64,000 bases of DNA, taken from NCBI GenBank assembly GCA_963835655.1, contig CAWIGJ010000003.1, positions 689,016 through 753,015 of the forward strand, read 5' to 3'. This document shows positions 9,801 through 20,308 of the stretch, one piece after another (position 1 is the first letter of the stretch; each line of letters begins with the position of its first letter). The notes below the pieces were generated by a model. That model was not told where the DNA came from. It was given only the letters and a program-made list of their open reading frames with translations, and did not search any database. The stretch is from an uncultured Chloroflexia bacterium. GTDB lineage: Bacteria > Chloroflexota > Dehalococcoidia > DSTF01 > JALHUB01. Both the position numbers and the translations under genes were made by a program.

Positions 9801-11665
9801 CGTATGTGAAGATTTGCGGCGTCCAATCAGTAGCGGAGGCGCTGGCGGCCAGGGATGCGGGCGCCGATTTCATCGGCATCGTGTTCGCTGAGAGCTGGCG
9901 GCGCGTTTCAGTGGAGACGGCCCGCGACATCGCCCGGGCGCTGGGCCCGTCGCGTTGTCCTCCGACGCCACCCATCGCAGAGAATGGCGCCGCTCAGTTG
10001 GAACGGCTGCTTGTAGCGAAGCGACCGTTGCTCGTTGGCGTGTTCGAGGGACAGACCGCAGCGGAAATCGAATCAGTTGCGGAACGTGCCGATATCGACG
10101 TGGTGCAGCTGCACGGAAAGAACCCGCTAGCCGACGAGCTGACGAGTCGCCGACCAGTCATCTGGGCGGTCGACTCGCAGATGGGCGACTCGGCATCAGG
10201 CCCGGGGGTGCTATGCATGCTGGACGGTAGCCGAGGCCGAGGACGGCTCGGAGACTGGGAGTCGCTGGCGGAGATCGCTTGGCGAATGCCATTTATTCTC
10301 GCGGGGGGGCTGACGCCAAAGAACGTCCCTGAGGCCGTGCGACGGCTTCGGCCCTGGGGGGTGGACGTGAGCAGCGGCGTTGAGACGGCGGGTCGCAAGG
10401 ACGCGGCGAAGATACGGGAGTTCGTGCTGGCGGCAAAGGGAGCGATTGATATGAATCTCTACCCTGATGAAAACGGGAGGTTTGGCGAGTTCGGGGGGAA
10501 GTACGTGCCGGAGGTGCTGATGCGGCCGCTGGCGGAACTGGAGGCGGCGTTCTGCGAAGCATGGGTCGACGACAGTTTTCGAGCGCGACTCGATTCGCTG
10601 CTGCGCGAATATGCCGGCCGCCCGACGCCATTGTACTTCGCCGAAGGCCTGACCCGACATTGTGGAGGGGCGCAGATCTACCTCAAGCGCGAGGACTTGC
10701 TGCACACGGGCGCTCACAAGATAAACAACGCGCTGGCACAGGGCCTCCTCTGCCAGCGAATGGGCAAGAGACGCGTCATCGCCGAGACGGGCGCGGGGCA
10801 GCATGGAGTGGCGGCTGCGACCGTCTGCGCGATGCTTGGGCTGGAATGTGCCGTCTACATGGGCGAGGAGGACGTGCGCCGTCAGATGCTGAACGTCTTC
10901 CGCATGCGACTGCTTGGGGCGGAAGTGCGGGTCGTTGAGAGCGGTAGCCGGACCCTGAAGGACGCCATCAACGAGGCAATGCGCGACTGGGTGGCGAACG
11001 CGGAGACGACGCACTATTTGCTGGGGAGTGTGGTTGGACCGCACCCGTACCCGCTGATCGTGCGGGAAGCGCAGTCGGTCATCGGCGCCGAGACGCGAGA
11101 GCAATGCTTCTTGCAGCTGGGACGACTCCCGGACTGCTTGGTAGCCTGCGTCGGTGGCGGCAGCAACGCCATGGGCTTCTTCCACCCCTTCTTCGGCGAT
11201 GCCTCTGTCCGACTCATCGGTGTTGAAGCGGCGGGACGCGGCCTTGAGAGTGGCCTTCATTGCGCCAGTCTGGTTCTCGGCCGGCCGGGGGTGCTACATG
11301 GCAGTCGTTCGTATCTGTTGCAGGACGCGGACGGACAGATTCAGCCGACGCACAGTATCTCGGCGGGCCTCGACTATCCGGGCGTCGGGCCGGAGCACAG
11401 CTTCTACAAGGAGTCGAAACGCGCCCAGTACGTCACTGCGACTGACGAGGAGGCGCTGGCGGCGTTCCAGCTCCTCAGCCGGACAGAAGGGATAATCCCG
11501 GCGCTGGAGTCGGCGCACGCGGTGGCCTACGCGGCGAGACTGGCGTCGACGATGACGAGTGACGCGACAATCGCCGTGTGCGTGTCGGGCCGCGGTGACA
11601 AGGATATGGAGACCGCGTCGAAAGAGCTGAACATGGGGGCTGATCAAAGCAGGCTGCCATTCTAA
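9797..11665 (+). CDS. trpFB: Fused phosphoribosylanthranilate isomerase (TrpF, about 9797-10450) and tryptophan synthase beta (TrpB, about 10451-11665)
   Basis: Single 622-aa ORF. N-terminal [11 protein letters not shown]...GVDVSSGVE...KIREFV is TrpF; from [21 protein letters not shown] it is TrpB. No stop codon between the domains. An internal AAGGGAG RBS lies 8 nt before ATG 10451. Confidence 0.8.
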   Translation: MTYVKICGVQSVAEALAARDAGADFIGIVFAESWRRVSVETARDIARALGPSRCPPTPPIAENGAAQLERLLVAKRPLLVGVFEGQTAAEIESVAERADIDVVQLHGKNPLADELTSRRPVIWAVDSQMGDSASGPGVLCMLDGSRGRGRLGDWESLAEIAWRMPFILAGGLTPKNVPEAVRRLRPWGVDVSSGVETAGRKDAAKIREFVLAAKGAIDMNLYPDENGRFGEFGGKYVPEVLMRPLAELEAAFCEAWVDDSFRARLDSLLREYAGRPTPLYFAEGLTRHCGGAQIYLKREDLLHTGAHKINNALAQGLLCQRMGKRRVIAETGAGQHGVAAATVCAMLGLECAVYMGEEDVRRQMLNVFRMRLLGAEVRVVESGSRTLKDAINEAMRDWVANAETTHYLLGSVVGPHPYPLIVREAQSVIGAETREQCFLQLGRLPDCLVACVGGGSNAMGFFHPFFGDASVRLIGVEAAGRGLESGLHCASLVLGRPGVLHGSRSYLLQDADGQIQPTHSISAGLDYPGVGPEHSFYKESKRAQYVTATDEEALAAFQLLSRTEGIIPALESAHAVAYAARLASTMTSDATIAVCVSGRGDKDMETASKELNMGADQSRLPF

Positions 11666-11943
11666 GGCCTTGAGTCGAGCGGCGCAGTTCATCTGTCCAT
11701 CTTCATGGGGTGGTCCTCCGCCTTGGCGCGATATACGCGACGGCAGCCTTCGCTGTCGTTGCGTCTGTGCTTCTCCTGCTCCGCCGCGTGCGCCTGTCGA
11801 TGACCCCGCGCCGTTGAGCGTCGGGCGCGGCTACACTGTATTCGTTTTCGCCTGATCAGGTTTGGGGCATTATCGCTTCCGGCCTCCTCCAATGCACGTA
11901 CCCGGCCGGGAAAGTATAATAATCCTGAGTTGGACGAACGTTT

Positions 11944-12621
11944 GTGAAGAAGATCCTCGTTGTCGACGACGAGCACACGCTTGTAGCGACCGTCAAGTAC
12001 AACCTCGAGCGCGAAGGGTATGGCGTGGTTACTGCCGCCGACGGCGAAAGTGCCCTCGCTCGCGCCCGCGAAGAGAAACCTGACCTCATCATCCTCGACA
12101 TAATGCTGCCGGTCATCGACGGCTTCGAGGTCTGCCGTCTGCTCCGGCGGGAGATGGCTGTTCCCATCCTCATGCTCACTGCCAAGACGGAGGAGGTAGA
12201 TCGCGTGGTCGGCCTGGAGATCGGCGCTGACGACTACGTAACGAAGCCCTTCAGCATGCGCGAGCTGATGGCGCGGGTGAAAGCGCTTCTTCGTAGGACC
12301 GAAGCGGGAACGGAACAGCTCGAAATCCTGTCGTCCGGAAACGTGAGCGTCGATCTGCGGCGGCGAGAAGCTTCGCGAGATGGCGAAGCATTGCCATTGA
12401 AACCCAAGGAACTTGAACTCCTCACGTTCCTCCTCCAGAACCGCGGTCGCGCCTTCACCCGCGAGCAACTCTTGGATAAGATCTGGGGGTACGATTTCGT
12501 CGGCGGCACGCGTACGGTGGACGTTCACATCAGTTGGCTGCGTCAGAAGATAGAGGACGAGCCAGCGAAACCTACACGCCTCGTCACCATCCGCGGAACG
12601 GGCTACCGCTTCGATGGCTAA
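11944..12621 (+). CDS. OmpR/PhoB-family response regulator (PhoP-like)
   Basis: 225 aa; receiver domain (ILVVDDE...LIILDIMLP) plus winged-helix C-terminus; GTG start. A TATAAT-like box at 11925-11930 upstream. Confidence 0.85.
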   Translation: MKKILVVDDEHTLVATVKYNLEREGYGVVTAADGESALARAREEKPDLIILDIMLPVIDGFEVCRLLRREMAVPILMLTAKTEEVDRVVGLEIGADDYVTKPFSMRELMARVKALLRRTEAGTEQLEILSSGNVSVDLRRREASRDGEALPLKPKELELLTFLLQNRGRAFTREQLLDKIWGYDFVGGTRTVDVHISWLRQKIEDEPAKPTRLVTIRGTGYRFDG

Positions 12622-14389
12622 CATTCTCGGCAGTATCCGGCTTCGTATCGCCGCTTACGTCTTCCTGATCATTGCCGCCTTCGGCGCCCTGGGCCTGTTG
12701 GTCATCCACGAAGTCGACGCCGACATGCGCTCGAACACGGAATCGTATCTTGCCTCCGAGGCGCAGATTGTCGCCAATTCCGTACGTCCCCTCCTCGAAG
12801 CGAACGCGCCTCAATCCCGTTTCGACGCGCTTGCGAAGCAGCTCGGCACGGGAGTCGATACGCGTGTAACCATCATCGCTCCAGACGGCACGGTCCTCGG
12901 CGACTCCGAGGCTGACCCGGCAACAATGGAAAACCACGCCAGCCGGCCGGAGGTACAGGCCGCAATGCAGTCCGGCTCCGGCCAGAATACGCGTAGCAGC
13001 GCGACTCTGAACGTGAACTTCAGCTACGTGGCGGAGCGGGTTGACGTGAACGGCTCGCCGGCCGCCGTCGTGCGTGTCGCCCGACCGCTGTCCGCGATCG
13101 ACGCCACACTGTCCAGCATCATCCACTCGCTGCTGATCGCGGTCATCGTGACTGGTGCCATCGCAGCTCTGCTGAGCCTCATCATTGGCAGCACCATCGT
13201 TCGTCCCTTGGGTGCCCTCGCGAATGCAGCGCGCGGCGTCGCCCGGGGCGACCTTACGCGTCGCGTGAAGCCGCGACCCGCCGGGGAGATCGGCGAGGTG
13301 GCCGACGCCTTCAACCAGATGGCGCAGAGCGTGGAGGGTCTGGTCGACGCGGTCTCTGAGGAACGCAGCCGCCTTACCGCCGTGCTCGACAGCGGAAGCG
13401 ATGCCGTCCTCGCCGTCGATAGCCAAGGGCGAGTAACCTTCGCCAGCCGGGCCGTCGCGTCATTGCTGGGCCGACAGCCGGAAGAGGTGGTCGGGAACCC
13501 ATTTGTCTGGACGATGCCAGAGGACACGGTCGTACGTGCCTTGCACGAAGCTCGCGAGATGGGCGAGAGGCGCAGCCTGGTCATCGAACGGCCGAAAGGA
13601 CGTTTTCTCCAGGTTTCCGCGGCGCCCATAAGCGGTGGCGGCGACTGGGTTGCCCTCGTAGTCCTTCATGACTTCACCGATGCCAAGCGCCTCGAAGACA
13701 CGCGCCGCGACTTTATCGCCAACGTTTCTCACGAGCTCCGGACGCCACTGGCGTCCATTAAGTCAGTTGTCGAAACCTTGCAGTCCGGCGCCCTCGAGGA
13801 CAAGGCGGTGGCGCAGGACTTCCTGGCCCGCGCTGATGCTGAGGTCGACCGGCTGGTCCAGATGGTAACGGAATTGCTGGAGCTATCGCGGTTGGAGTCT
13901 GGGCAAGCGCCGTTGGCAAGAGAGCCGGTCGACGTCGGGCAGATGCTGGAAGCCGCGATCGAGCGGATGCGGCCGCAGGCCGAGAGAAAAGGCCTCGCGC
14001 TGGCGCTCAATGTCGCGTCTGGCCTGCCACCGGTCATAGGCGACGCACAGCGGCTGGAGCAGGCGGTGGTCAACCTCCTCGACAACGCGATCAAGTTCAC
14101 ACCGGATGGCGGCGCCGTGCGGGTCTCCGCAAAGAACGTCAACGGAATGCTGCAGGTCGACGTCGAAGACTCGGGCGTCGGCATCTCCGCCGAGAAGCTG
14201 CCACGCATCTTTGAGCGCTTCTACAAGGTCGACCGCGCGCGCGGCGACCATGGTACCGGATTGGGCTTGGCCGTGGTCAAGCACACGGTCGAGGCGCACG
14301 GTGGCACTGTCAGTGCCCGCAGTCAGGAAGGCCACGGCTCGACCTTTACCTTCACGCTTCCAGCAAATTCTTCTTCAAAGACCTCATAG
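12614..14389 (+). CDS. Sensor histidine kinase (PhoR-like; TM, HAMP, PAS, HisKA, HATPase)
   Basis: 591 aa; H-box HELRTPL, N-terminal TM segments, G-box GTGLGLAVV. Overlaps the regulator stop, as in two-component operons. Confidence 0.85.
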   Translation: MANILGSIRLRIAAYVFLIIAAFGALGLLVIHEVDADMRSNTESYLASEAQIVANSVRPLLEANAPQSRFDALAKQLGTGVDTRVTIIAPDGTVLGDSEADPATMENHASRPEVQAAMQSGSGQNTRSSATLNVNFSYVAERVDVNGSPAAVVRVARPLSAIDATLSSIIHSLLIAVIVTGAIAALLSLIIGSTIVRPLGALANAARGVARGDLTRRVKPRPAGEIGEVADAFNQMAQSVEGLVDAVSEERSRLTAVLDSGSDAVLAVDSQGRVTFASRAVASLLGRQPEEVVGNPFVWTMPEDTVVRALHEAREMGERRSLVIERPKGRFLQVSAAPISGGGDWVALVVLHDFTDAKRLEDTRRDFIANVSHELRTPLASIKSVVETLQSGALEDKAVAQDFLARADAEVDRLVQMVTELLELSRLESGQAPLAREPVDVGQMLEAAIERMRPQAERKGLALALNVASGLPPVIGDAQRLEQAVVNLLDNAIKFTPDGGAVRVSAKNVNGMLQVDVEDSGVGISAEKLPRIFERFYKVDRARGDHGTGLGLAVVKHTVEAHGGTVSARSQEGHGSTFTFTLPANSSSKTS

Positions 14390-14862
14390 TTCCTGCCGAA
14401 CGTGATGAAGTGAACGCTGTGCGGGAAGGGGCGACACGGAAAAAGGGGAAGCCCAGGACCCGAAGTGACGTGATGTCTTTACCAGCCTGGGTCCGTGGGC
14501 GAACAAGGGGCGTTCGCCCATTTCCGAATGTTGCGCGAGTTCGCGTCCGCCAGCTCATTTGGTCAGATAGCCGCCGATTGCCAGCAGCCGTGTCGAGTAC
14601 CTCGTGCGTCGGCCGAAGCGCTCGCGATGGTCGCGCCGGAGAAGCACCGGCTCATCTGGATGGCCCGGAACCGCCAGGTGATGAAGGGCTGCCAGGAGAA
14701 GCAGATCGTACCGGTCGTCAGGGGATGGTTGCTGGCCCTTGCCTTGACAGCTGCGCCCCTCGACATGCGCCGCCCCGTTGCGTGTGAGTAACTGCACGTT
14801 GTCCTCCTTGTCTAATCAGCTCACTCACCTCTGAGTCTAAAGGGGACATTTTAAGTCGGGTT

Positions 14863-14899
14863 TAACGTTGATGAACGACAGGTAAATGATTCGTTTAAA
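14863..14899 (+). promoter_or_regulatory. Pho-box-like array: four T(T/G/A)AA(C/T) direct repeats at 10-11 bp spacing
   Basis: TTAACgttgaTGAACgacaggTAAATgattcgTTTAA. Helical-phase periodicity is typical of OmpR/PhoB-family binding sites. Located between phoR and the small-ORF/pstS operon. Confidence 0.4.
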
Positions 14900-15329
14900 G
14901 ATGCGCAGAGGCGGGTCGATTTTCGCGCCGCCCGCCTTGTCTATTGCTGCTGCTGGAACGCTACAGCAGCTTGAACAGCCCAGGGAGGCCACCGCCCAAC
15001 GTTCGCCTTGACGATTCTCGTCCGCGACCCCACTCGACTCTCGTTGCAGCCCCAAAACGTTTACATCCCGTTTACCAGCGTTGAACCAGTGTTAATCGCC
15101 ACTCGTTATCTTGAGGTCGGATGATTAATGACTAGAAGTCATGCCGGACAAAAGGACTCGGTCAGCAGACAAGGCGGGCGGGAAGTTACGCTCGCTGAAC
15201 ACGGTCCTCAGGAGATGGCGTTCCCTCGCCAGGCGTCTGGCGAGGGAACGCCGAAACAGATGGTTGCCCTTTGCGGCGGCAGCCCTTCGAGAGTCCGGCC
15301 TTACCGATCGCGAGAGAGAGGACAAACGA

Positions 15330-15586
15330 TGAAGACATCCCTACACCTCGATGAGGAATCTGAGCGTGCCTACGCGCTGGCGCGGGAGTGCGTGCTGCGT
15401 GCGCGCAGTCGTGCGCTGTTCGAGTTGCTGTCAACCATCAATGGCACTGCAAGTCCCTCCGACGTGCGCGTTGGATTGCAGGCGGCGGCCCTCGCCCGCG
15501 AGAGCCTGAGTTTGCCGAAGGACCGAAGGACCTATGCAGATGTCATCGACTACGCGGAAATCGCCGGATGCAAAGAGCCGGCTTAA
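15330..15586 (+). CDS. Hypothetical small protein (85 aa)
   Basis: ATG at 15330 preceded by a GAGAGGA RBS; a coding-like C-terminal part of ORF 15128..15586. No recognisable family. Confidence 0.35.
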
Positions 15587-15626
15587 GAGCCAGAGCGTTC
15601 ATTAGCACAAGCGCAAGGAGGATTCG

Positions 15627-16823
15627 TTGAATACGGCAACGACAGGAAAGAAAACTCACCGCAAGTTAGGACTTATGCTTGGTTCGGCTGTTGTGCTGAC
15701 TGCCATTGTCGGCACGGCCCTGATGTCCGCTTGCGGCGGAAGCAACGGGTCGGCCGTGGGGCCCACAAGCTCGCCGAAATCCCCTACGTCGCAAGCAACG
15801 ACGGCGTCTTCACAAGACGTCTGCCCGCCCAGCGGCGCCGCCACAAGCCTGACGGGCGCCGGCGGGAGTTTCCCCTATCCCCTCTACTCGAAGTGGACGT
15901 CTGAGTACGCCAGCCTGTGCGGCATCCAGATCAACTATCAATCGGTCGGTTCAGGCGCCGGCATTTCGCAGATAACGGCGAAGACGGTCGACTTCGGCGC
16001 CTCCGACGGCATCATGACAGCGGACCAGCAGAGCGCAGCCGAGGCTGCGGGCGGACCCATACTCCACATCCCGATGACCAGCGGCGCCGTCGCCGTCATC
16101 GTCAATCTGCCCGGCGTTCAGCAGGGGCAGCTGAAGCTCACTGGCGATGTCCTGGCAAACATCTACCTGAAGAACATTAAGACGTGGAACGACCCCGCGA
16201 TAACTGCATTGAACCCAGGCGTCAGTCTGCCGAGCAGCGACATCGTGGTCGTCCACCGGTCCGATAGCTCCGGCACGACCTACATCTTTACCAACTACCT
16301 GAGCAAGGTGAGCTCACAATGGCAGAGTCAGGTCGGCAGCGCGACAAGCGTGCAGTGGCCGGGCGACGTCGGCGGTGAGAAGAACGACGGTGTTGCGGCG
16401 CAGGTCAAGCAGACCCCGGGCGCGATCGGTTACGTCGAGCTGGCGTATGCGATGCAGAACAACCTGGCCTGGGCGTCGATGCAGAACAAGTCGGGCAAGT
16501 ACGTTGAGCCGACCCTGGACTCGACGACTGCCGCCTCGACCGGCGTGACGATCCCCGACGACACGAAGGTGATGATTACCGACTCGACGAACCCGGATGC
16601 CTACCCGATCGTCGGTTTCACCTGGATCCTCGCTTACGTGAACCAGCCCGACAAGGCGAAGGGCGAGACTCTGGTCAGCTATCTCTGGTGGTCTATTCAC
16701 GACGGACAGCAGTTCTCGCAGGCCTTGCTTTACGCGCCGCTCTCGAGTGACGTGGTGAAGAAGGCGGAGGCGGAGATCAAGACTATCAGCTTCCAGGGGC
16801 AGCCGCTTCTACAACAACCTTAG
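15627..16823 (+). CDS. pstS: Phosphate ABC transporter substrate-binding lipoprotein
   Basis: 398 aa; signal peptide plus lipobox (LMSACGG); PstS family (GAGGSFPYPLYSKW..., SDSSGTT). AAGGAGG RBS before a TTG start. Confidence 0.88.
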   Translation: MNTATTGKKTHRKLGLMLGSAVVLTAIVGTALMSACGGSNGSAVGPTSSPKSPTSQATTASSQDVCPPSGAATSLTGAGGSFPYPLYSKWTSEYASLCGIQINYQSVGSGAGISQITAKTVDFGASDGIMTADQQSAAEAAGGPILHIPMTSGAVAVIVNLPGVQQGQLKLTGDVLANIYLKNIKTWNDPAITALNPGVSLPSSDIVVVHRSDSSGTTYIFTNYLSKVSSQWQSQVGSATSVQWPGDVGGEKNDGVAAQVKQTPGAIGYVELAYAMQNNLAWASMQNKSGKYVEPTLDSTTAASTGVTIPDDTKVMITDSTNPDAYPIVGFTWILAYVNQPDKAKGETLVSYLWWSIHDGQQFSQALLYAPLSSDVVKKAEAEIKTISFQGQPLLQQP

Positions 16824-16893
16824 GAGCGACGCATGGAAGCGAGAACAGACGTTAAAAGCGCCCGGGGGATGGCAATCCCCCGGGCCTGGCACT

Positions 16894-17817
16894 TTGGCGA
16901 CGCGTTGTTCCGCGCCGTCGTCGCGATCTTTGGGGGGGAGGGGCGGGTTGTCGGTGCTTGCGCTCGCCGCGCTGACGGTCTGGCAGCTTTGCTTCCAGTC
17001 GCACGAATCTATTACCGCCTTCGGCTGGGGCTTCTTGACGTCGACGACATGGAACCCCGTTACTCGTGTTTTCGGCGCCGCGCCGGCCATTTACGGGACG
17101 CTCGTCAGCTCCTTCATCGCCGTCGTACTAGCCGTTCCCGTGAGCCTTGGGGCGGCCATCTACCTGTCCGAAATCGCGCCGTCCTGGCTGCGCCATCCCG
17201 CGTCCTTCCTCGTTGAGAGCCTCGCCGCAATCCCAAGCGTCATCTTCGGACTTTGGGGGATCTACGTGCTCATCCCCTGGATTCGAAACCCCGTCGAAAA
17301 GTTCCTGGGAGGACACCTCAGCTTCCTGCCGCTGTTCAGCGGTCCGCCGTTCGGCGTCGGAATGCTGGCAGCAGGCATTATCCTCGCGATCATGGTACTG
17401 CCGATCATCACCGCCATCGCACGTGATTCTCTTCTGGCGGTGCCGTCGACACAGCGCGAGGCGATGCTGGCGCTGGGCGCGACGAAGTGGGAGATGATCA
17501 GCCGCGCTGTGCTTCAGTACTGCCGGTCGGGGCTCGTTGGTGCCGTTCTTCTAGGGCTCGGCCGCGCTTTGGGTGAAACTATGGCGGTAACGATGGTTAT
17601 CGGCAAGACGTACGACATCCACGCCTCGATCTTCGCGCCCGGAGCGACTGCGGCCAGCCAGATCGCAAGCGAGTTCAATGATGCAGGCTTCAGCCTGTAC
17701 CGATCGGCGCTGATGGAACTGGGGCTCATTCTGTTGGTCATCACTTTGCTCGTGAACGTCGCCGCCAGGCTGTTGGTGTGGCGGATAGCACGTTCTCCGG
17801 AGGCAATCAGGGAATGA
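16894..17817 (+). CDS. pstC: Phosphate ABC transporter permease
   Basis: 307 aa, multi-TM, PstC-family EAA-loop region (AIARDSLLAVPSTQREAMLALGATKWE). Confidence 0.85.
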   Translation: MATRCSAPSSRSLGGRGGLSVLALAALTVWQLCFQSHESITAFGWGFLTSTTWNPVTRVFGAAPAIYGTLVSSFIAVVLAVPVSLGAAIYLSEIAPSWLRHPASFLVESLAAIPSVIFGLWGIYVLIPWIRNPVEKFLGGHLSFLPLFSGPPFGVGMLAAGIILAIMVLPIITAIARDSLLAVPSTQREAMLALGATKWEMISRAVLQYCRSGLVGAVLLGLGRALGETMAVTMVIGKTYDIHASIFAPGATAASQIASEFNDAGFSLYRSALMELGLILLVITLLVNVAARLLVWRIARSPEAIRE

Positions 17818-18671
17818 GCGCGATAACTTACACACGACGGAAGTGGACGAACAGAGTGATGCTGGGCCTCTGTTCGGCTGCGGCATTCGCGGCGATTGGC
17901 GTGCTGGCCCTCATCCTGGGATATGTTCTCGTCAAGGGCATTAGCTACATCAACTTCGGCTTCTTCACCCAGTTGCCAAGGCCTGCCGGCGAAGCGGGCG
18001 GCGGCGTGTCGAATGCTATCGTAGGGTCATTGATAATCGTCGGAATGGCAGCGGCGATCGGAATCCCCGTCGGGCTCGGCGCCGGCGTCTTTGTGGCGGA
18101 GATGGCCGGGCCGCGGATGGCAAGCATCGTTCGCTTTACTGCCGACGTGCTGACCGGCGTGCCCTCGATCGTCGTCGGCATCGTTGTCTACTCGTGGCTG
18201 GTGCTGAAGATGGGTCACTTCTCGGCGATAGCGGCGGCAGTTGCTCTAGCAATCATCATGTTGCCGATCATGGCGCGATCTAGCGAGGAGATGCTGAAGC
18301 TGGTGCCGCAGTCGCAGCGGGAGGCGGCACTGGCGCTGGGCGTGACGCGCTGGCGGACGATCCTCAGCATCGTCATTCCGGCCGCCCGGCGCGGACTCAT
18401 TACCGGTGGCCTTCTAGCGATAGCCCGGGCCGCCGGTGAGACGGCGCCGTTGCTCTTCACCGCGCTTGGCAACCAGTTCATGACATTCAGTCTATTCGGC
18501 AAGCCGATCGATGCGCTTTCCACTCCGTATCTACCAGTATGGGACGGGGCCGTACAACTCGCAGCACGAGCAGGCCTGGGCAGCGGCCTTCGTGCTCGTG
18601 ACGGTCGTATTCTGCATCAGCCTTACCTCTCGACTGCTTCTATCGAGGAGAGGATAGTACAATGGCTATGA
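17814..18671 (+). CDS. pstA: Phosphate ABC transporter permease
   Basis: Starts [11 protein letters not shown] at ATG 17814 (ATGA overlap with pstC). PstA-like ([25 protein letters not shown]). Confidence 0.85.
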   Translation: MSAITYTRRKWTNRVMLGLCSAAAFAAIGVLALILGYVLVKGISYINFGFFTQLPRPAGEAGGGVSNAIVGSLIIVGMAAAIGIPVGLGAGVFVAEMAGPRMASIVRFTADVLTGVPSIVVGIVVYSWLVLKMGHFSAIAAAVALAIIMLPIMARSSEEMLKLVPQSQREAALALGVTRWRTILSIVIPAARRGLITGGLLAIARAAGETAPLLFTALGNQFMTFSLFGKPIDALSTPYLPVWDGAVQLAARAGLGSGLRARDGRILHQPYLSTASIEERIVQWL

Positions 18672-19541
18672 TGACGGATTTCCAATTCGTGCCAGCGACG
18701 CTCCGCGAGCAGACTGATGCCGAGAAACAGGGCGAAACGTGCCCTGTATCGGAGCCTGAAGCATGGGAAGAGGGCATGGTCGTGCGCGACCTCAATGCCT
18801 GGTACGGCTCGTTCCAGGCGATAAGGGGCGTGAACCTGCTCGTTGGGCCGAGACGGGTGACGGCGGTCATCGGTCCCTCGGGATGCGGCAAGTCGACGCT
18901 AATTCGCTGTCTCAACCGGATGCACGAGGTCGCCCCGAAGGCGCGCGTGGCCGGGCAGGTCTTCCTGCGTTCGAACGACATCTATGCCAATGGCGTTGAC
19001 CCGGTCGTCGTGCGACGGCGTATCGGCATGGTCTTCCAGAAGCCGAACCCGTTCCCGACGATGTCCGTCTTCGATAACGTCGCCGCCGGCTTGCGACTGA
19101 ATAGCCTTCTTCTCGCGGCGTAGTCATCTGGAGGAGATCGTCGAGCAGGGGCTGCGACAGGCCGCGCTATGGGACGAGGTGAAGGACAAGCTCAACCGAC
19201 CGGCCACCGAGCTTTCAGGCGGCCAGCAGCAGCGGCTGTGCATCGCGCGGGCGCTGGCGATCGAGCCGGAGGTCATATTGATGGACGAGCCGTGCAGCGC
19301 GCTCGACCCCGTGGCGACGCTGAAGATCGAGGATCTTATGCGCGACCTGTCGGCGACCTATGCAATCGTTATCGTCACCCATAACATGCAGCAGGCTGCC
19401 CGCGTCGCTGACTGCACCGCGGTGATGATGATGGCGGAAGACCGCGCGGGCGAGATGATAGAGTTCGGCGCGACGAGCGAAGTCTTCACCAATCCGAAAG
19501 ATAAGCGGACCGAGGACTATATCACCGGACGGTTCGGCTAG
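18662..19541 (+). pseudogene. pstB: Phosphate ABC transporter ATP-binding protein, split by a +1 frameshift near 19105
   Basis: ORF 18662..19123 carries the Walker A (GPSGCGKST) and ends [11 protein letters not shown]-stop. The PstB continuation ([39 protein letters not shown], Walker B, H-loop) is in another frame (ORF 19179..19541). Consistent with one extra base in the cttcttctc tract. Confidence 0.8.
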
Positions 19542-19570
19542 ATGGCCGAACTATCATAAGGAGCGAGAGT

Positions 19571-20237
19571 ATGGCCCGCACGCTTCTAGAACATAACCTG
19601 GCCGGTGTCCAGGAAGACATGCTGGTAATGGCAGACATGGTCGACAGCGCCATCCAGCGCTCAATTGCGGCGCTGAAGGACCGCGACCTCGGCCTCGCCC
19701 GGGAGGTCATCGCTGACGATGTCAAAATCAACCGCAAGCGGTACGACACCGAGGAGCGCTGCCTGGAGCTGATAGCGACGCAGCAGCCGCTCGCCGGCGA
19801 CCTGCGCACTATCGTCGCCGTGTTGCACATGATCGTCGACTTTGAGCGCATGGGAGACCACGCGGAAGGGATTGCCAAGATCGTCGTCATGCTGGCCGAC
19901 GAGCCACCGCTGAAGCCATACATTGATCTGCCGCGAATGGCGGATGTCGCCTGTGAGATGCTGCACGAGGCGCTCGAAGCATTCAAGCGTCGCGACGCCG
20001 AGCCTGGCGCGCTCCACCATGGACCGCGACGACGAGGTCGATGCGCTGTACGATCAGGTTTATCGCGAGCTGCTCACGTACATGCTGAACGACCCACGTA
20101 CGATTGAGCGGGCGACGCACCTCCTCTGGGTAGCGCATAACCTGGAACGCATTGCGGATCGGGTGACGAACGTCTGCGAACGGGTAGCGTATCTGGTGAC
20201 GGGAAAGATGGAGGAACTGAACGTCTCAAAGTACTGA
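19571..20237 (+). pseudogene. phoU: Phosphate-specific transport regulator PhoU, split by a +1 frameshift near 19995
   Basis: ORF 19571..20107 holds the first PhoU repeat (LAREVIADDVKINRKRYDTEE) then decays into junk. ORF 19923..20237 in another frame holds the second repeat (LARSTMDRDDEVDALYDQVYREL...WVAHNLERIADRVTNVCERVAYLVTG). Consistent with an extra C in gccgagCctggcg. Confidence 0.8.
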
Positions 20238-20308
20238 CATGAGAGGTTGTCAGCGAGTGCTTCTGATAGTCATGCCCGCAGCTTTCCCCGGGGGCGCTCT
20301 ACCCAGTG

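Noticed and set aside
4690-11943. Antisense ORFs across the trp operon and histidine kinase (e.g. 6515..7006, 10211..11260, 12584..13426 minus strand)
   Set aside because: Overlap strongly supported sense-strand genes; composition typical of GC-rich antisense frames.
15128-15329. Long form of the small ORF (152 aa from 15128)
   Set aside because: The N-terminal 67 residues are Arg/Gly/Ser-rich junk; only the part from ATG 15330, which has an RBS, looks coding.
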